Virus record (IMG/VR): IMGVR_UViG_3300034375_009390
DNA: 64,000 nt
Reading direction: 5' to 3' (one strand)
DNA from: an uncultured virus (IMG/VR IMGVR_UViG_3300034375_009390)
Taxonomy: Duplodnaviria; Heunggongvirae; Uroviricota; Caudoviricetes
The translations under genes were made by a program, and so were the position numbers. The notes under the pieces were generated by a model that was not told the origin of the DNA, searched no databases, and saw only the letters and a list, made by a program, of their open reading frames with translations. Within the stretch, counting starts at the first letter, position 1; each line of letters starts with the position of its first letter. This document shows, in pieces, positions 9,107 to 18,808 of this stretch.

Positions 9107-11860
9107 ATGCTCTTCTTTTACTCCAAAAATCAAAAAGTTCGTCAATTTGTAAACCCCAAAACTGGAAAGATAAATCCAGGTGGAAACTTCAGATCATTCA
9201 ATGAAAACTGGGAAGCTTCAGAAGCAGACGCCGAGACGATCGCTGGCGCCACGGCAGCTGGCGATGGGTTATGCGCGTGGCATCTGGTCAACGGTAAGAG
9301 AGTAAAAGATTCGACCGGAACAATTAAAGCTGGTCTCGTGATTATCGACATTGATAATCAAGCAGATCACAAAGATGAGAACGGAAACAAAGTTCAAAAA
9401 CAAGAGCTGACTGTAAAGGAAGCGTTAGAGCTCGACGTATGTAAAAAGTACCTGAGCTTCGCGTATTACTCACCGAGCACGACGCCAGAGTGGCCTCGCT
9501 TCCGTCTCGTTTTTGGACTCGAAAGACCCATTGTCGACCCTGACTTCTACCAGTGGTTTGTCAGGGAAATCGCCGAACAGATCCCGGGCTCAGATCGACG
9601 GGCAACTCAGGCAGTCAACCTGTTCTATGGCGGTAAGTCCCCTAACGATCTGATCTGCTGGTCACACAAGTACATACCAGTATCCAAGATCAACGAGGCG
9701 ATGCAGGCGTACAGCCTCGTGCCGAAGGAGATCAAGCGGGAGGATGATCCCGTGGAGGCGTTGGAGATCGACACCACGCCGGACGGGATCGACGTCAGTG
9801 GTCTGCTCAGCTCCTCCGTACGATCGATGCTGGACGGGGCTCCGGTGGAGGATCGATCCTTCAGCATGACGGTCGCTTTGAAGGAGCTGATCGGTTGGTC
9901 TAACTGGTTGGGAGCCAACGAGATCCCGGTCAAACAGCGCCCCCTTGACATGGCGCACCAAATATTCGAGAATATCTACGAGTACGACCCGGCCCTCGAT
10001 GGCAAGTTCAACCGGATCCTCGGGAGCATCTCGGATGCGTCCACGCTGCTTCCCGCTGTCGCCATGGCTTCAGAGGAAGGCCAGTCCGCGCCCTGGAAAA
10101 AGATAAAATATGTAGACAGGGCACTGTTCGACAGCGCATGTCCTGAAGCCATTAAAGAACAAATCAAAGTAAACAAGCCTAAACCAAGTAACTCGATTCT
10201 CAGCATCGAAGATTTCGAGCTTACAGCACCTTCAGAATCAACATCAACAATCACAGAAGACCCCCCGGAAATGCCAGACACGCCGCAGACACCCGCCCAG
10301 CTGGTTCAGATTCAAAACAACAACAGACAGTTCTCCGAGAACGATATTGCAGAGATCATCGTAAGTAATTATGGTGACAGCTTCTTATTTGATTCTAGTC
10401 TAGATGAGTTCTTCACCTACGACGACGATGAAGGTATTTGGTATCTAAACGACGAACAGCACATCAAACGGCGAATTGTCAGCACACTAGATACATTTAT
10501 TCAAGCGGGCGTTTTGCCACGCTACAACTCTGCAACCGTTAATTCGGTGTTCCAGCTGCTAAAAGCCAAGCTCCTTCGGTCTGTGCGTGGCGGTCGTTCA
10601 TCGATCTGGCAGACCAACCGGGGTCGAGTTGCTTTCGAGAACGGTGTGCTCGATACCAAGACTCTCGAATTCAAACCTGGGAATCATAAAGACATGTATT
10701 TCCAGACCAAGCTGGCGTTCCCGTATGGCGAGGATCCCAACTGTCCAAAGTTCATCAGCTGGCTTGAGTGGGCAGTCGGCGCCGACAAGGTTGTGATCAT
10801 CCAGGCATTCTGCCGGGCTGTGCTGACGGGATACACAACGGGTGAAAAGTTCCTGCACTTGATTGGTGCCGGCGGCTCGGGTAAGTCCACGCTGCAGCAG
10901 ATTCTGATTGCTCTGGCTGGCTTCACCGGCACCCATACATCTGACCTAGAAACGATTGAGACAAATCGCTTTGAAGCTCACAGCCTGATCGGTAAGCGTT
11001 TGCTGCTGCTGACGGACGAAGCTTCGTTCAGCAAGCGACTCGACACACTGAAGAAACTGACGTCTGCCTCCGATACGCTCCGGGCTGAGCGCAAGTACGG
11101 AACTCAGATCATCAACTTCAAGCCCGAGCTCCTGGTCTCGATTGCCAGTAACGAGCACATCAGCTCTTCTGACATCAGCAGCGGCCTAGAGCGTCGTCGT
11201 CTCACGATCGTAATGGACAACGTTGTGTCGCCTTCGAAGCGCCGCAACCTGATCAGTGTCTTTCCGGATCGCGTGGAAGGTGAGTTCGCCGACGAACTGC
11301 CGAACATCGCAGCGTGGTGTCTGTCAATGACATTCGATCAGATGCGTGACACACTGGCTAACCCGGTGAAGTACTGCCCAGACCTCAACACGACCAACAT
11401 CGAAGCTCTGATCTTCAACAACCCGATTGTGGCCTGGTTGTCCGAGTGCACTTTGTATGCACCCAATAGTCAGACACCGCTGGGTGGAGGTGCTTTCCGT
11501 CCGACAATCGACGAGCAAGAACGCGGTCTGTACGTCAAAAATGCGAACTCAGAAATATATGCGTCCTACGCTAACTTCGCTAAATCGAATGGTTACAAGG
11601 CTGCGGCAAAGCCACGCTTCGTCGATCGTTTGAAAGAAACGGTAAACAATGTGCTGAAGCTTCAGGGTATCGAACCGAAGTTCATCAACGGCAAGGCTGT
11701 AATCAAAGGTCTACGGATCAAACCTTACGATCCTTCAACCGACCGAGCTGCCTCGGGTGACAACAGGCTGCCATCCCCGGTAGAATTTGTCGCGAATCCC
11801 TCTGTATGGGATGCAGCATTTCAAGCTCACGACCCGAAACCCGAACAGGAATCCAAATGA
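9107..11860 (+). CDS. Primase-helicase (D5/P4-family SF3 helicase)
   Basis: N-terminal IIDID and SPS..RFRLVF; FENGVLD; Walker A GAGGSGKS; Walker B LLLLTDE; start uncertain. Confidence 0.9.
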   Translation: MLFFYSKNQKVRQFVNPKTGKINPGGNFRSFNENWEASEADAETIAGATAAGDGLCAWHLVNGKRVKDSTGTIKAGLVIIDIDNQADHKDENGNKVQKQELTVKEALELDVCKKYLSFAYYSPSTTPEWPRFRLVFGLERPIVDPDFYQWFVREIAEQIPGSDRRATQAVNLFYGGKSPNDLICWSHKYIPVSKINEAMQAYSLVPKEIKREDDPVEALEIDTTPDGIDVSGLLSSSVRSMLDGAPVEDRSFSMTVALKELIGWSNWLGANEIPVKQRPLDMAHQIFENIYEYDPALDGKFNRILGSISDASTLLPAVAMASEEGQSAPWKKIKYVDRALFDSACPEAIKEQIKVNKPKPSNSILSIEDFELTAPSESTSTITEDPPEMPDTPQTPAQLVQIQNNNRQFSENDIAEIIVSNYGDSFLFDSSLDEFFTYDDDEGIWYLNDEQHIKRRIVSTLDTFIQAGVLPRYNSATVNSVFQLLKAKLLRSVRGGRSSIWQTNRGRVAFENGVLDTKTLEFKPGNHKDMYFQTKLAFPYGEDPNCPKFISWLEWAVGADKVVIIQAFCRAVLTGYTTGEKFLHLIGAGGSGKSTLQQILIALAGFTGTHTSDLETIETNRFEAHSLIGKRLLLLTDEASFSKRLDTLKKLTSASDTLRAERKYGTQIINFKPELLVSIASNEHISSSDISSGLERRRLTIVMDNVVSPSKRRNLISVFPDRVEGEFADELPNIAAWCLSMTFDQMRDTLANPVKYCPDLNTTNIEALIFNNPIVAWLSECTLYAPNSQTPLGGGAFRPTIDEQERGLYVKNANSEIYASYANFAKSNGYKAAAKPRFVDRLKETVNNVLKLQGIEPKFINGKAVIKGLRIKPYDPSTDRAASGDNRLPSPVEFVANPSVWDAAFQAHDPKPEQESK

Positions 11861-12444
11861 AAATCGGTAACCTCGTAGCCGCCTTAGTTGGTCTCGGATG
11901 TGCTGCCACGGGGGCAGCCATCTACCCTCCCGCAACCGCTGTCGCCATGGCCGGGTTTGGGGGCGGCCTTTGTGGCGCAGCAGTCCTCACCGATCGAGGA
12001 CGGCGAAAGGAAGAAGAGGAAAAGATTGAATCCGCCCGTGTGGCAAAAGTTTTCTCGTTCCTATACGAGAACAACCGAGGTTTGATCAACCCTCAGCAAC
12101 TGGCGTTCAACGCGGACATCACACCAGAACGGGCTGATGTGTTCTTGGAAGCTTTGAGTAAAGATCAAAACGGGCAAGCTATCCAGACACAAAATGGTAA
12201 AGTCTACAATTTCCCACACCCGTCAAATGCTCTGGATGAGCTGACGCGGAATGCAACCGCTTGGGCAGATGCGAAATGCGAACCGCTTTTGAATGAGATC
12301 GCGAGCCTCAATCAGAAAATGACGCTGCTCCAGGCACGTGTGGCAATCAACAGGAATACCGAAGCGGAACAAGCAGCTCAGACGTTCGCATCCAATAACA
12401 ATCCACCTCAGACTTCCAACGACCCTTGGAATAATTTGCTATAG
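11857..12444 (+). CDS. Membrane protein
   Basis: Two N-terminal hydrophobic segments; ATGA overlap with the primase stop. Confidence 0.7.
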   Translation: MKIGNLVAALVGLGCAATGAAIYPPATAVAMAGFGGGLCGAAVLTDRGRRKEEEEKIESARVAKVFSFLYENNRGLINPQQLAFNADITPERADVFLEALSKDQNGQAIQTQNGKVYNFPHPSNALDELTRNATAWADAKCEPLLNEIASLNQKMTLLQARVAINRNTEAEQAAQTFASNNNPPQTSNDPWNNLL

Positions 12445-12469
12445 TTAAAAATACGCGCGTAAGGCGAAC

Positions 12470-12503
12470 AAAAAGCCGGGGCCTAATTCAAGCCCCGGTT
12501 TCG
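12470..12503. terminator. Bidirectional terminator between convergent genes
   Basis: AAAAGCCGGGGC-loop-GCCCCGGTTT. Confidence 0.7.
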
Positions 12504-12515
12504 CTGTATCTGGAG

Positions 12516-12815
12516 TCAGTCGTCGGAGCCGGAATCCTCCAAGAGCTTAAGCCCGTATTCAACAGCGACTTTTCGCATGATCTCGGGTTTTCGGTACTCG
12601 TCAAACGCGAGCTGACAACCCGCCCGCATGATCATCTCTTCAGAGAATCCTTCGTAGGCGAGAATGTTCGCAAATAAAGCGAGCCACGCGTGAACCGAGC
12701 TGTCGATCATGTCCGCCTCAAACGTAAAAGTGTGGTCAGGAGGACTATCGAGCGTGTAAGCGGGGTTCTTGTGCTCAATTGTGATTTTTAAATTCACAGC
12801 AGCGGATTCAGACAT
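12516..12815 (-). CDS. Hypothetical protein
   Basis: 99-aa ORF preceded by AAGGAG. Confidence 0.7.
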   Translation of the reverse strand: MSESAAVNLKITIEHKNPAYTLDSPPDHTFTFEADMIDSSVHAWLALFANILAYEGFSEEMIMRAGCQLAFDEYRKPEIMRKVAVEYGLKLLEDSGSDD

Positions 12816-12836
12816 TGGGTCTCCTTAAAATGTTCA

Positions 12837-13544
12837 TCATACGGACAACCAGCCTTCCAGGCCGCTGATGTTGGCCGAGGATTCCACGAGTGCTTCGTGG
12901 ATGACCGGCACACAGTCTGCTAGATGCTCACCGATTTGTTTGGCGATCAGACGGTGTTCAAGCTGTGTGTCAGGACGCGCACGCAAACCAACGTAGAAAA
13001 TCCAATCGCGTAAAGTTCCTTGCATGTGCAGCCGGGTCGGCGAACACATCGGAAGGATATTTCGAGCGCATTCCTTAGCCACGCCGCTTTGCAGCATCGC
13101 CTCGTATATCTCCTGAATATCCGCGTAGATTTCGTGGATGCGTTCCTTCAGTGAATCTTTAACTTCCCCGTCAGGGAAAGGCAGACTGTTTTGCCGATTT
13201 TTAAAATCTTGAGCTCGGATATCGAAATCCCAGCACTTATCAGTCAGTGTAGTCAGGATATCTGTAGGATCACTGTACCTTTGGGACAGCTCTTGATAAT
13301 GGAAGGACCTGTGTCGAATTATCTGTGCACTGATAGCACGAGATGTGCAAATACTAAAAGATGCGCAAACCTGTTCGTAAACAGACCAGTGTCCGTGCGC
13401 AATGCAATACTTTAAAAGTTTTTTATACTCCTCACGCTTCGGGTCTTTCGTGCTAACACGAGCGTGCTCAGCAACCACGGCTTCAGCGTGGGGAGTAATC
13501 CAATCGAGCGATGCGAAATGAAGCTCAGTTATCGGAGTCGACAC
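12837..13544 (-). CDS. thyX: Flavin-dependent thymidylate synthase
   Basis: HWSVYE; RHRSFHYQELSQRY signature; AKECARNILP. Confidence 0.95.
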   Translation of the reverse strand: MSTPITELHFASLDWITPHAEAVVAEHARVSTKDPKREEYKKLLKYCIAHGHWSVYEQVCASFSICTSRAISAQIIRHRSFHYQELSQRYSDPTDILTTLTDKCWDFDIRAQDFKNRQNSLPFPDGEVKDSLKERIHEIYADIQEIYEAMLQSGVAKECARNILPMCSPTRLHMQGTLRDWIFYVGLRARPDTQLEHRLIAKQIGEHLADCVPVIHEALVESSANISGLEGWLSV

Positions 13545-13701
13545 TGGTGGGCTGCTCTGATGCGTTCGTGTGCATCATAATGCCAGCAGCGATCTGGTCC
13601 GCGAGCCCTGGATTCTCTTTAACAACCTGACCAGCAAACCGATCGGTCAGGTACTCCATCTCATTCGGATTGATTCCAATCTGAGGTCCGGCGAATCGCA
13701 C
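13525..13701 (-). CDS. 58-aa protein (not in ORF track)
   Basis: Hand-translated MRFAGPQIG...DRFAGQVV...SDN; fills the gap between neighbours. Confidence 0.55.
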   Translation of the reverse strand: MRFAGPQIGINPNEMEYLTDRFAGQVVKENPGLADQIAAGIMMHTNASEQPTSVDSDN

Positions 13702-13702
13702 G

Positions 13703-13837
13703 TTATGTACGGGGGAAAGTCTGCTGGTATCTTAACCGGGCTGTCACTTCGCTAGGAGTTGTACGGGCAAGCCTTTGAGCGTCCAGACCAAAGCGCTGTC
13801 CCGCCATTCGAACGGGAAAGTCGTTGTCGACCATCAT
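13703..13837 (-). CDS. 44-aa protein with capsid-like N-terminus (not in ORF track)
   Basis: Hand-translated MMVDNDFPVRMAGQRFG...FPRT; ATGA coupling to the upstream gene. Confidence 0.6.
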   Translation of the reverse strand: MMVDNDFPVRMAGQRFGLDAQRLARTTPSEVTARLRYQQTFPRT

Positions 13838-14334
13838 TTCTGCTTACCCTGCAGTTTCTGCTTAGATAAAGCTAACAGATTGTTCATCATATTGTGCGTG
13901 AGCACAGGGTAATCCTGTTGTAAAAGCTTGGTGTTAAGGAAGTTCTGGCTAGGATTCTGGACCACTTTCTGCATCATCATGCGACTCTGTGGGGTCGCCT
14001 GTTGAAGACTCATCATGTACTCCGCCTGACTCATGTCATCAGCACTGTCAGGAAGCGGAATATTACGCTGGTTATATCCTGCGGGACCCGTTAGTGCCGT
14101 AGATTTTTTAATGTTACCTTCTGAGTACTCAACAGGACCGACAGCAGGACGCGCATACAGTCCCCGATCTCGGGCGAATTGCGTGGCGATACGAGAACCG
14201 TTGTCGAGCTGCATTACTCGACGAACACCCAGTCCGGGTTCCTGGTTAAGACCCACGCCTCCCGGCGGCATGGCGAGTCCACCCATCGCTTCAGGCTCTT
14301 TGCCTGTTTGACTGGAGCCGGGGAGGATAGCCAT
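13834..14334 (-). CDS. Hypothetical protein
   Basis: 166-aa ORF, translationally coupled. Confidence 0.7.
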   Translation of the reverse strand: MAILPGSSQTGKEPEAMGGLAMPPGGVGLNQEPGLGVRRVMQLDNGSRIATQFARDRGLYARPAVGPVEYSEGNIKKSTALTGPAGYNQRNIPLPDSADDMSQAEYMMSLQQATPQSRMMMQKVVQNPSQNFLNTKLLQQDYPVLTHNMMNNLLALSKQKLQGKQK

Positions 14335-14555
14335 TACTTGTCGCCTCGATTAGCGCTTCGGTCTCGTACTCTTATGTTACTCGAAGAATTATTTAGAGGG
14401 TTCTTATCCTTGTGGTCGACGTCCTTCCCGTCACCTTTCTGAACCCTACCATTACGTTCCATATACCTTCTTGCTTTATTTCTAGCGGCCCTCCGTTTTT
14501 TTTGTTTTTCAGTTCCCTGATATTCGCGATACTCTTTCTTGTAATCCCTAGTCAT
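14334..14555 (-). CDS. Small HNH endonuclease
   Basis: RDYKKEY...GDGKDVDHKDKNPLNN..SNIRV...NR. Confidence 0.8.
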   Translation of the reverse strand: MTRDYKKEYREYQGTEKQKKRRAARNKARRYMERNGRVQKGDGKDVDHKDKNPLNNSSSNIRVRDRSANRGDK

Positions 14556-14811
14556 CTTGGATGACAGCTTTAGACTCCAGTTTACCGCAGTTGATCTTAT
14601 GAACGATGGCCTCGACAAACGATTGATCTTCGTTCAAATTGTCGCGGACAATCTCCGCTAGATCTTGTTGAAACTGCTGCCAGAGACCGGTGTACAAACC
14701 GTTGTTACGCTCATACAACCAGTAAAGCCAATCGATAAAATCGGCACGGCGTTGCTCATCAATTACGCTCCAGTTATCCAGAAGCGTTTTGTAATCGACC
14801 GCCGACGGCAT
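14548..14811 (-). CDS. Hypothetical protein
   Basis: 87-aa ORF. Confidence 0.6.
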   Translation of the reverse strand: MPSAVDYKTLLDNWSVIDEQRRADFIDWLYWLYERNNGLYTGLWQQFQQDLAEIVRDNLNEDQSFVEAIVHKINCGKLESKAVIQDD

Positions 14812-14851
14812 GAGTAAAAAGTGGGGGTACCTAATCTACCGCCCACGCGGG

Positions 14852-15136
14852 TCAATCGTCGTAAATCAAGTCGATCTTAATCTTTCGGATCGGTCGCTCA
14901 AGATATTCATCGACTTCACAGGGGAGTTCGCGAACAATATCCATCAGGACGTTGGTGTACAGGTTTTCGCGATACTCCATCATCAGCGCCATTTCGCGAG
15001 TTTGTAAATCGCCTAACGGGCTGCACTCTTCGTCCCAATTAAACGTGCGCTCGCTCGCCCGCTCATTAGCGCAACGGGCGATGTTTGCCCAATCGACAAC
15101 TGACATAAAGATAAAACTCTGTAAACTTGGTGGCAA
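14852..15136 (-). CDS. Hypothetical protein (start uncertain)
   Basis: ORF track. Confidence 0.5.
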   Translation of the reverse strand: MPPSLQSFIFMSVVDWANIARCANERASERTFNWDEECSPLGDLQTREMALMMEYRENLYTNVLMDIVRELPCEVDEYLERPIRKIKIDLIYDD

Positions 15137-15160
15137 CGGCCACGCTCACTATAGCGTCAT

Positions 15161-15175
15161 TAGCCGGGGACACTA
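15161..15175. repeat. TAG-N9-CTA site downstream of a fibre module
   Basis: Minus strand atcgTAGtgtccccggCTAatga; same flanks as the array sites. Confidence 0.6.
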
Positions 15176-15184
15176 CGATGGCGG

Positions 15185-16045
15185 CTAGAAGATGCTGTAG
15201 TGCGCGTTGATGTCGGCTTCGATGGTGGCGCGGTTGGCGGATTGATCAGACTGATAAAGAAGAAGTTCTGCATAGCGCCCGTTTAAGAATGAGAATTGAT
15301 TTAGATCGCCTCTAGCCCCTATCCTCGCAGTCGTGCCAGCGGCACCAATTAACCCTGGATTGGCCACAGAAGAAACATTGCTCCCATTGAGCCAGTAGCT
15401 GTTAGATGACGAGTCAAACCAATTTGAGGCCAGACTTAATGTCGTTGGCGCTGCGTTAAATCGAGTTGCAAGAGCACCACCCTGCCAGCTAGTGCTCTTC
15501 ATGTGAAAGTCGCTAGTACCACTTTCACGCATAATCTGGAATGAATAAATGCCAGCTAAAACATCAAAGAACCTAGTATTGATGGACCCCCCCGAATAAG
15601 CTAGATCGCTAAAAACAGAAAAAGCGAACAGTTGAGTATTGCTAGAAAGCGTTGGAAGGTCAAGAACATCATCGCTGCCGTCAAAAGACATGCTTGCTCT
15701 TGTTCCGCTCAGTACAACTGAGCCAGCATTAACGATGCTGGGTTGACTTGTTGTGGTTGCTTGAACGGCGTGTCTCCCATTTCCGCTTTGGTCATACCAC
15801 GTCCGCACGAAGCCGTTATTCCCCGCGCCCACCCACGCGGCCAGCGTGCCGTTACTAACTTGGGTGGCGGTGAAGTCCTGTTCGGCATCGTCGTTATCGC
15901 GGCGAACGCGGACGACATTGGTCACGCCAGTGCGCAGTTGACGCAGGCTGTATGCAGCGGCAGCGCCGGGATAATCGTCAAGCAGTAGCGCTGGAGCAGC
16001 CGCCAAGCCGCCGAGGAACGCCGGGTCAAACAGTCCAAGGGTCAT
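15185..16045 (-). CDS. Concanavalin/LamG-like receptor-binding protein
   Basis: AAAYSLRQL, WYDQSGNGRHAVQ, FDGSDDVL, LNGRYAELLLY. Confidence 0.7.
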   Translation of the reverse strand: MTLGLFDPAFLGGLAAAPALLLDDYPGAAAAYSLRQLRTGVTNVVRVRRDNDDAEQDFTATQVSNGTLAAWVGAGNNGFVRTWYDQSGNGRHAVQATTTSQPSIVNAGSVVLSGTRASMSFDGSDDVLDLPTLSSNTQLFAFSVFSDLAYSGGSINTRFFDVLAGIYSFQIMRESGTSDFHMKSTSWQGGALATRFNAAPTTLSLASNWFDSSSNSYWLNGSNVSSVANPGLIGAAGTTARIGARGDLNQFSFLNGRYAELLLYQSDQSANRATIEADINAHYSIF

Positions 16046-16605
16046 ACCAACTCCTCCTCTGTGCCACCGAGCGCGGCAACAAACTGCTCAGGCAGGTCAT
16101 GCGCCACAGCCAGTGCCTGGATCCCGGCGATCAACTCAGGGCTGATCAAGCCAGCGCCACTGGCCACACGCCAAGCATTCAAGAAGATCCTGCTGTCACC
16201 ATCGGCAGCCTTGCCCAGGCCGATACCCAGCGCCAGCGCTAAGCGGGGACTCACCTGCTCGGCAGCCACCAGGAGCTGATCTACCTCCGGCGGCAAGGCA
16301 TCGTTGAACTCAATCCAGCGGGGCGGGTGCGTCGCCCGGTAGTACGCCTGTTTCTCAGCCTCGGTCAGTTCAACGATCTCCCACTGCTGCAGCCACTGGC
16401 CGTCTTGCTCGACAGGCTGCGCTTCAATCACCTTGTGTGTGGCCGGATCGAACTCAGGGCGATCCTGCTCGATCACGCGGAACACGTCGTAGTGCGCCAG
16501 TTCGGCGTCACTCGGCGCCCAGGAAAACGAACGGCTCGGTTCATCCTGGCGAAGCTGGCTCAGCGAATAAGGCCAGCGGAGAGGGTTCAGTCGAATCAGG
16601 CTCAT
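16042..16605 (-). CDS. Tail-fibre assembly-like protein
   Basis: WPYSLSQLRQDEP..SF, WLQQWEIV; lies between fibre genes. Confidence 0.6.
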   Translation of the reverse strand: MSLIRLNPLRWPYSLSQLRQDEPSRSFSWAPSDAELAHYDVFRVIEQDRPEFDPATHKVIEAQPVEQDGQWLQQWEIVELTEAEKQAYYRATHPPRWIEFNDALPPEVDQLLVAAEQVSPRLALALGIGLGKAADGDSRIFLNAWRVASGAGLISPELIAGIQALAVAHDLPEQFVAALGGTEEELV

Positions 16606-17519
16606 GGCTGCACTCCGTAGGCCGCAACGCAGTCGGTGTCAGCCGTCCCGAAGAACGTCAGGCTCAGCACCGCTGTCTTGTTGGCGGCAAGCGTGGCTGG
16701 CTTGGTGCTCACAAACACCCAATCAGCCGGGAAGGTGAGCGTTCGCTCTGATGCACCTGGAAGCAATCGAATCACCACAGTGCGACCAGCGGCGCGGTTG
16801 CTGGTGGTGAAGGTGATGTTGCCGGTCAGCGTGATCGTGCGGTATTGACCATCTAACGCAGCAAGATCCAGATCAACCGTTGCGCCATACGTGATGGCTG
16901 CAAATGACAACGCAGGCTGTAGTCCATTGGCCGACGTTGTGCGGGTCGCCAGCGTCTCCCAATCGGCGTCGTAGTCAGTGCCACTACTTTTCTGGAGTAC
17001 CTGACCAGTAGTGCCGCCAGTGGGCAAGCCGCGATCACCGGTAGCCACAGTGCTGCTCGTTGTGCCGGTGTCCAGCGTGGCGCTGTCGCCGAGCCCTAAC
17101 GTCGTGCGCTGTGCTGCCGCGTCTGCATCATCCAGCAGTGCCCGACCCGCTGCTGTACAAGTAATTTCTTCAACAGACCCTGCACCGGCAGTGCTTCGAC
17201 CAAGTAACTTATCGGTAGCGCTTACGTCCTGAATTTTTGCGTAAGTGACCGCTTTGTTATCGATTGTCCACGTCAGACCACCGCCAGAGACGGTGATGTC
17301 ACCCTTATCCCCGTCACCGACACTGGCTGAACCAATTAACGTGGCCAGCAAACCGACAGTAACTTTCTTTGGTTGCTCACCCGCCTGAACAGCGTTTACG
17401 TTCAGAATAGGGATAAGATCATCTGTTGATAAATCAGCAGATTTAGCAGCTGTAAGATAAGTTAAGTTAGATAATGTGCGACCGAAATCTCGGGCAGCTA
17501 TCCAGTTCCTACGCATCAC
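16602..17519 (-). CDS. Tail fibre protein
   Basis: GDGDKGDITVS, VTYAKIQ, AAAQRTTLGLG, GGTTGQVL. Confidence 0.75.
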   Translation of the reverse strand: MMRRNWIAARDFGRTLSNLTYLTAAKSADLSTDDLIPILNVNAVQAGEQPKKVTVGLLATLIGSASVGDGDKGDITVSGGGLTWTIDNKAVTYAKIQDVSATDKLLGRSTAGAGSVEEITCTAAGRALLDDADAAAQRTTLGLGDSATLDTGTTSSTVATGDRGLPTGGTTGQVLQKSSGTDYDADWETLATRTTSANGLQPALSFAAITYGATVDLDLAALDGQYRTITLTGNITFTTSNRAAGRTVVIRLLPGASERTLTFPADWVFVSTKPATLAANKTAVLSLTFFGTADTDCVAAYGVQP

Positions 17520-17578
17520 CCGAAACTCGCTTTACAGCACGACATGATCTTATCTTATTTTAAGTCAGGACCAGGAAT

Positions 17579-18808
17579 TCAGGATTTAATATACCAGCCC
17601 GAAGAAGGAGACTCAACTAACCATCTCGGACCAAGATTCTTCTTAGAATACTTTAGTTTAGCACCGTTAGTTTTAATATAACCTCCGTTGACTAAATCTA
17701 GTTCACCGAACGGGTCGTTGACATAAACACTCTTACCGTCTGCAGTGCGACCAATAATCACCAACCAGTGACCACCTCCGGTGGGATTGGTAACAGGTCC
17801 CTTGTGAAGAATACCGATAGGGATGGGGATACCGCGATCCAGAAGTTCATCGATGTCGTCCCACGAGCCGTTCTGTCGGAACGAAGCGGCTAAACCGTAA
17901 TCTTGTAGCGCTTCAAGCTGAGCAGAAGGATTCGTTGTATCACCGTGCTTAAAGACAGTATTGATGTACTGATCATCTGAAGAAATGCTGCTCGGTTTTA
18001 AATACTTCAACAACATCGCACACGAACTAGAAAAGCACGTGCGCATGGGATCTTTCTGATTGTCCCGCTGACTGTAGTACGGTACGTTTAAAATCAGATC
18101 TTTAGGTTTCTCAGGTTGAGTCTCATTTGGGATTGGGTCGTTAATGATTTTGAAGTGCGGCGGATAGATCCACCAATTCCGGTCGGGTTGAGCAGTCAGA
18201 TTTACCCGGTAGTGAACCTCACCAGGCAGCATCGAGATCTGGTCCCACTCATGAGCAGACCCCTTAGGGACGAAAAGCTTTTCCTCAGCGGAAAGCTCCG
18301 AACTCTGAATCGGACGACGTTTCAACCACGTGTCCTGTTTCGCAAGGATGGAGTGGCCCAAGAGGGGGTGTGGCGCCTTGGACAAAAATAGCGCTTTTTC
18401 AGCGTTCCGCCGCTTTGTTAAGCCTTCCAACACTCTTCCACCAGCTTTGTTCCAGCGCAGGAACTGCGACGCAACGACCGTACGGTCAGCGTTGTCGTTT
18501 AGCAAACGTAAAAGCGTGGATCCTCGAAATGCTCCTAGACCGACATTGAACGCAAATGATACGAGTGCGTCAAACTCAGGTTGTGTCAGACCAACTTTAA
18601 CGTTGGCTGCCACGCCGGACGCAAACCGTTCAACATCCTGAGCAAGAATAACGTCGGCTTGCGCCTGTGTGATCTTTAAGCCGGGGTTTACATTAGGACC
18701 TGTATGGCCGTAGCCGATCGTCCAGATGCCTACAGCATCCTGATACGCCTCCAATCTGCATCCCTCGAACCTTTTGATAAGGTCGAGCCCGGCTTGGGAG
18801 ATCTTCAT
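17579..18808 (-). CDS. Endolysin: GH24 lysozyme + C39-like peptidase
   Basis: IKRFEG..YQDAVGIWTIGYGHT, GLTKRRNAE; VPYYSQRDN..CFSSSCAM, GHW, VNDP. Confidence 0.9.
   Translation of the reverse strand: MKISQAGLDLIKRFEGCRLEAYQDAVGIWTIGYGHTGPNVNPGLKITQAQADVILAQDVERFASGVAANVKVGLTQPEFDALVSFAFNVGLGAFRGSTLLRLLNDNADRTVVASQFLRWNKAGGRVLEGLTKRRNAEKALFLSKAPHPLLGHSILAKQDTWLKRRPIQSSELSAEEKLFVPKGSAHEWDQISMLPGEVHYRVNLTAQPDRNWWIYPPHFKIINDPIPNETQPEKPKDLILNVPYYSQRDNQKDPMRTCFSSSCAMLLKYLKPSSISSDDQYINTVFKHGDTTNPSAQLEALQDYGLAASFRQNGSWDDIDELLDRGIPIPIGILHKGPVTNPTGGGHWLVIIGRTADGKSVYVNDPFGELDLVNGGYIKTNGAKLKYSKKNLGPRWLVESPSSGWYIKS

Noticed and set aside
16972..16986. Perfect TAG-N9-CTA inside fibre 16602..17519
   Set aside because: Different reading frame from the six other in-gene sites, and lone matches are expected by chance; not counted.
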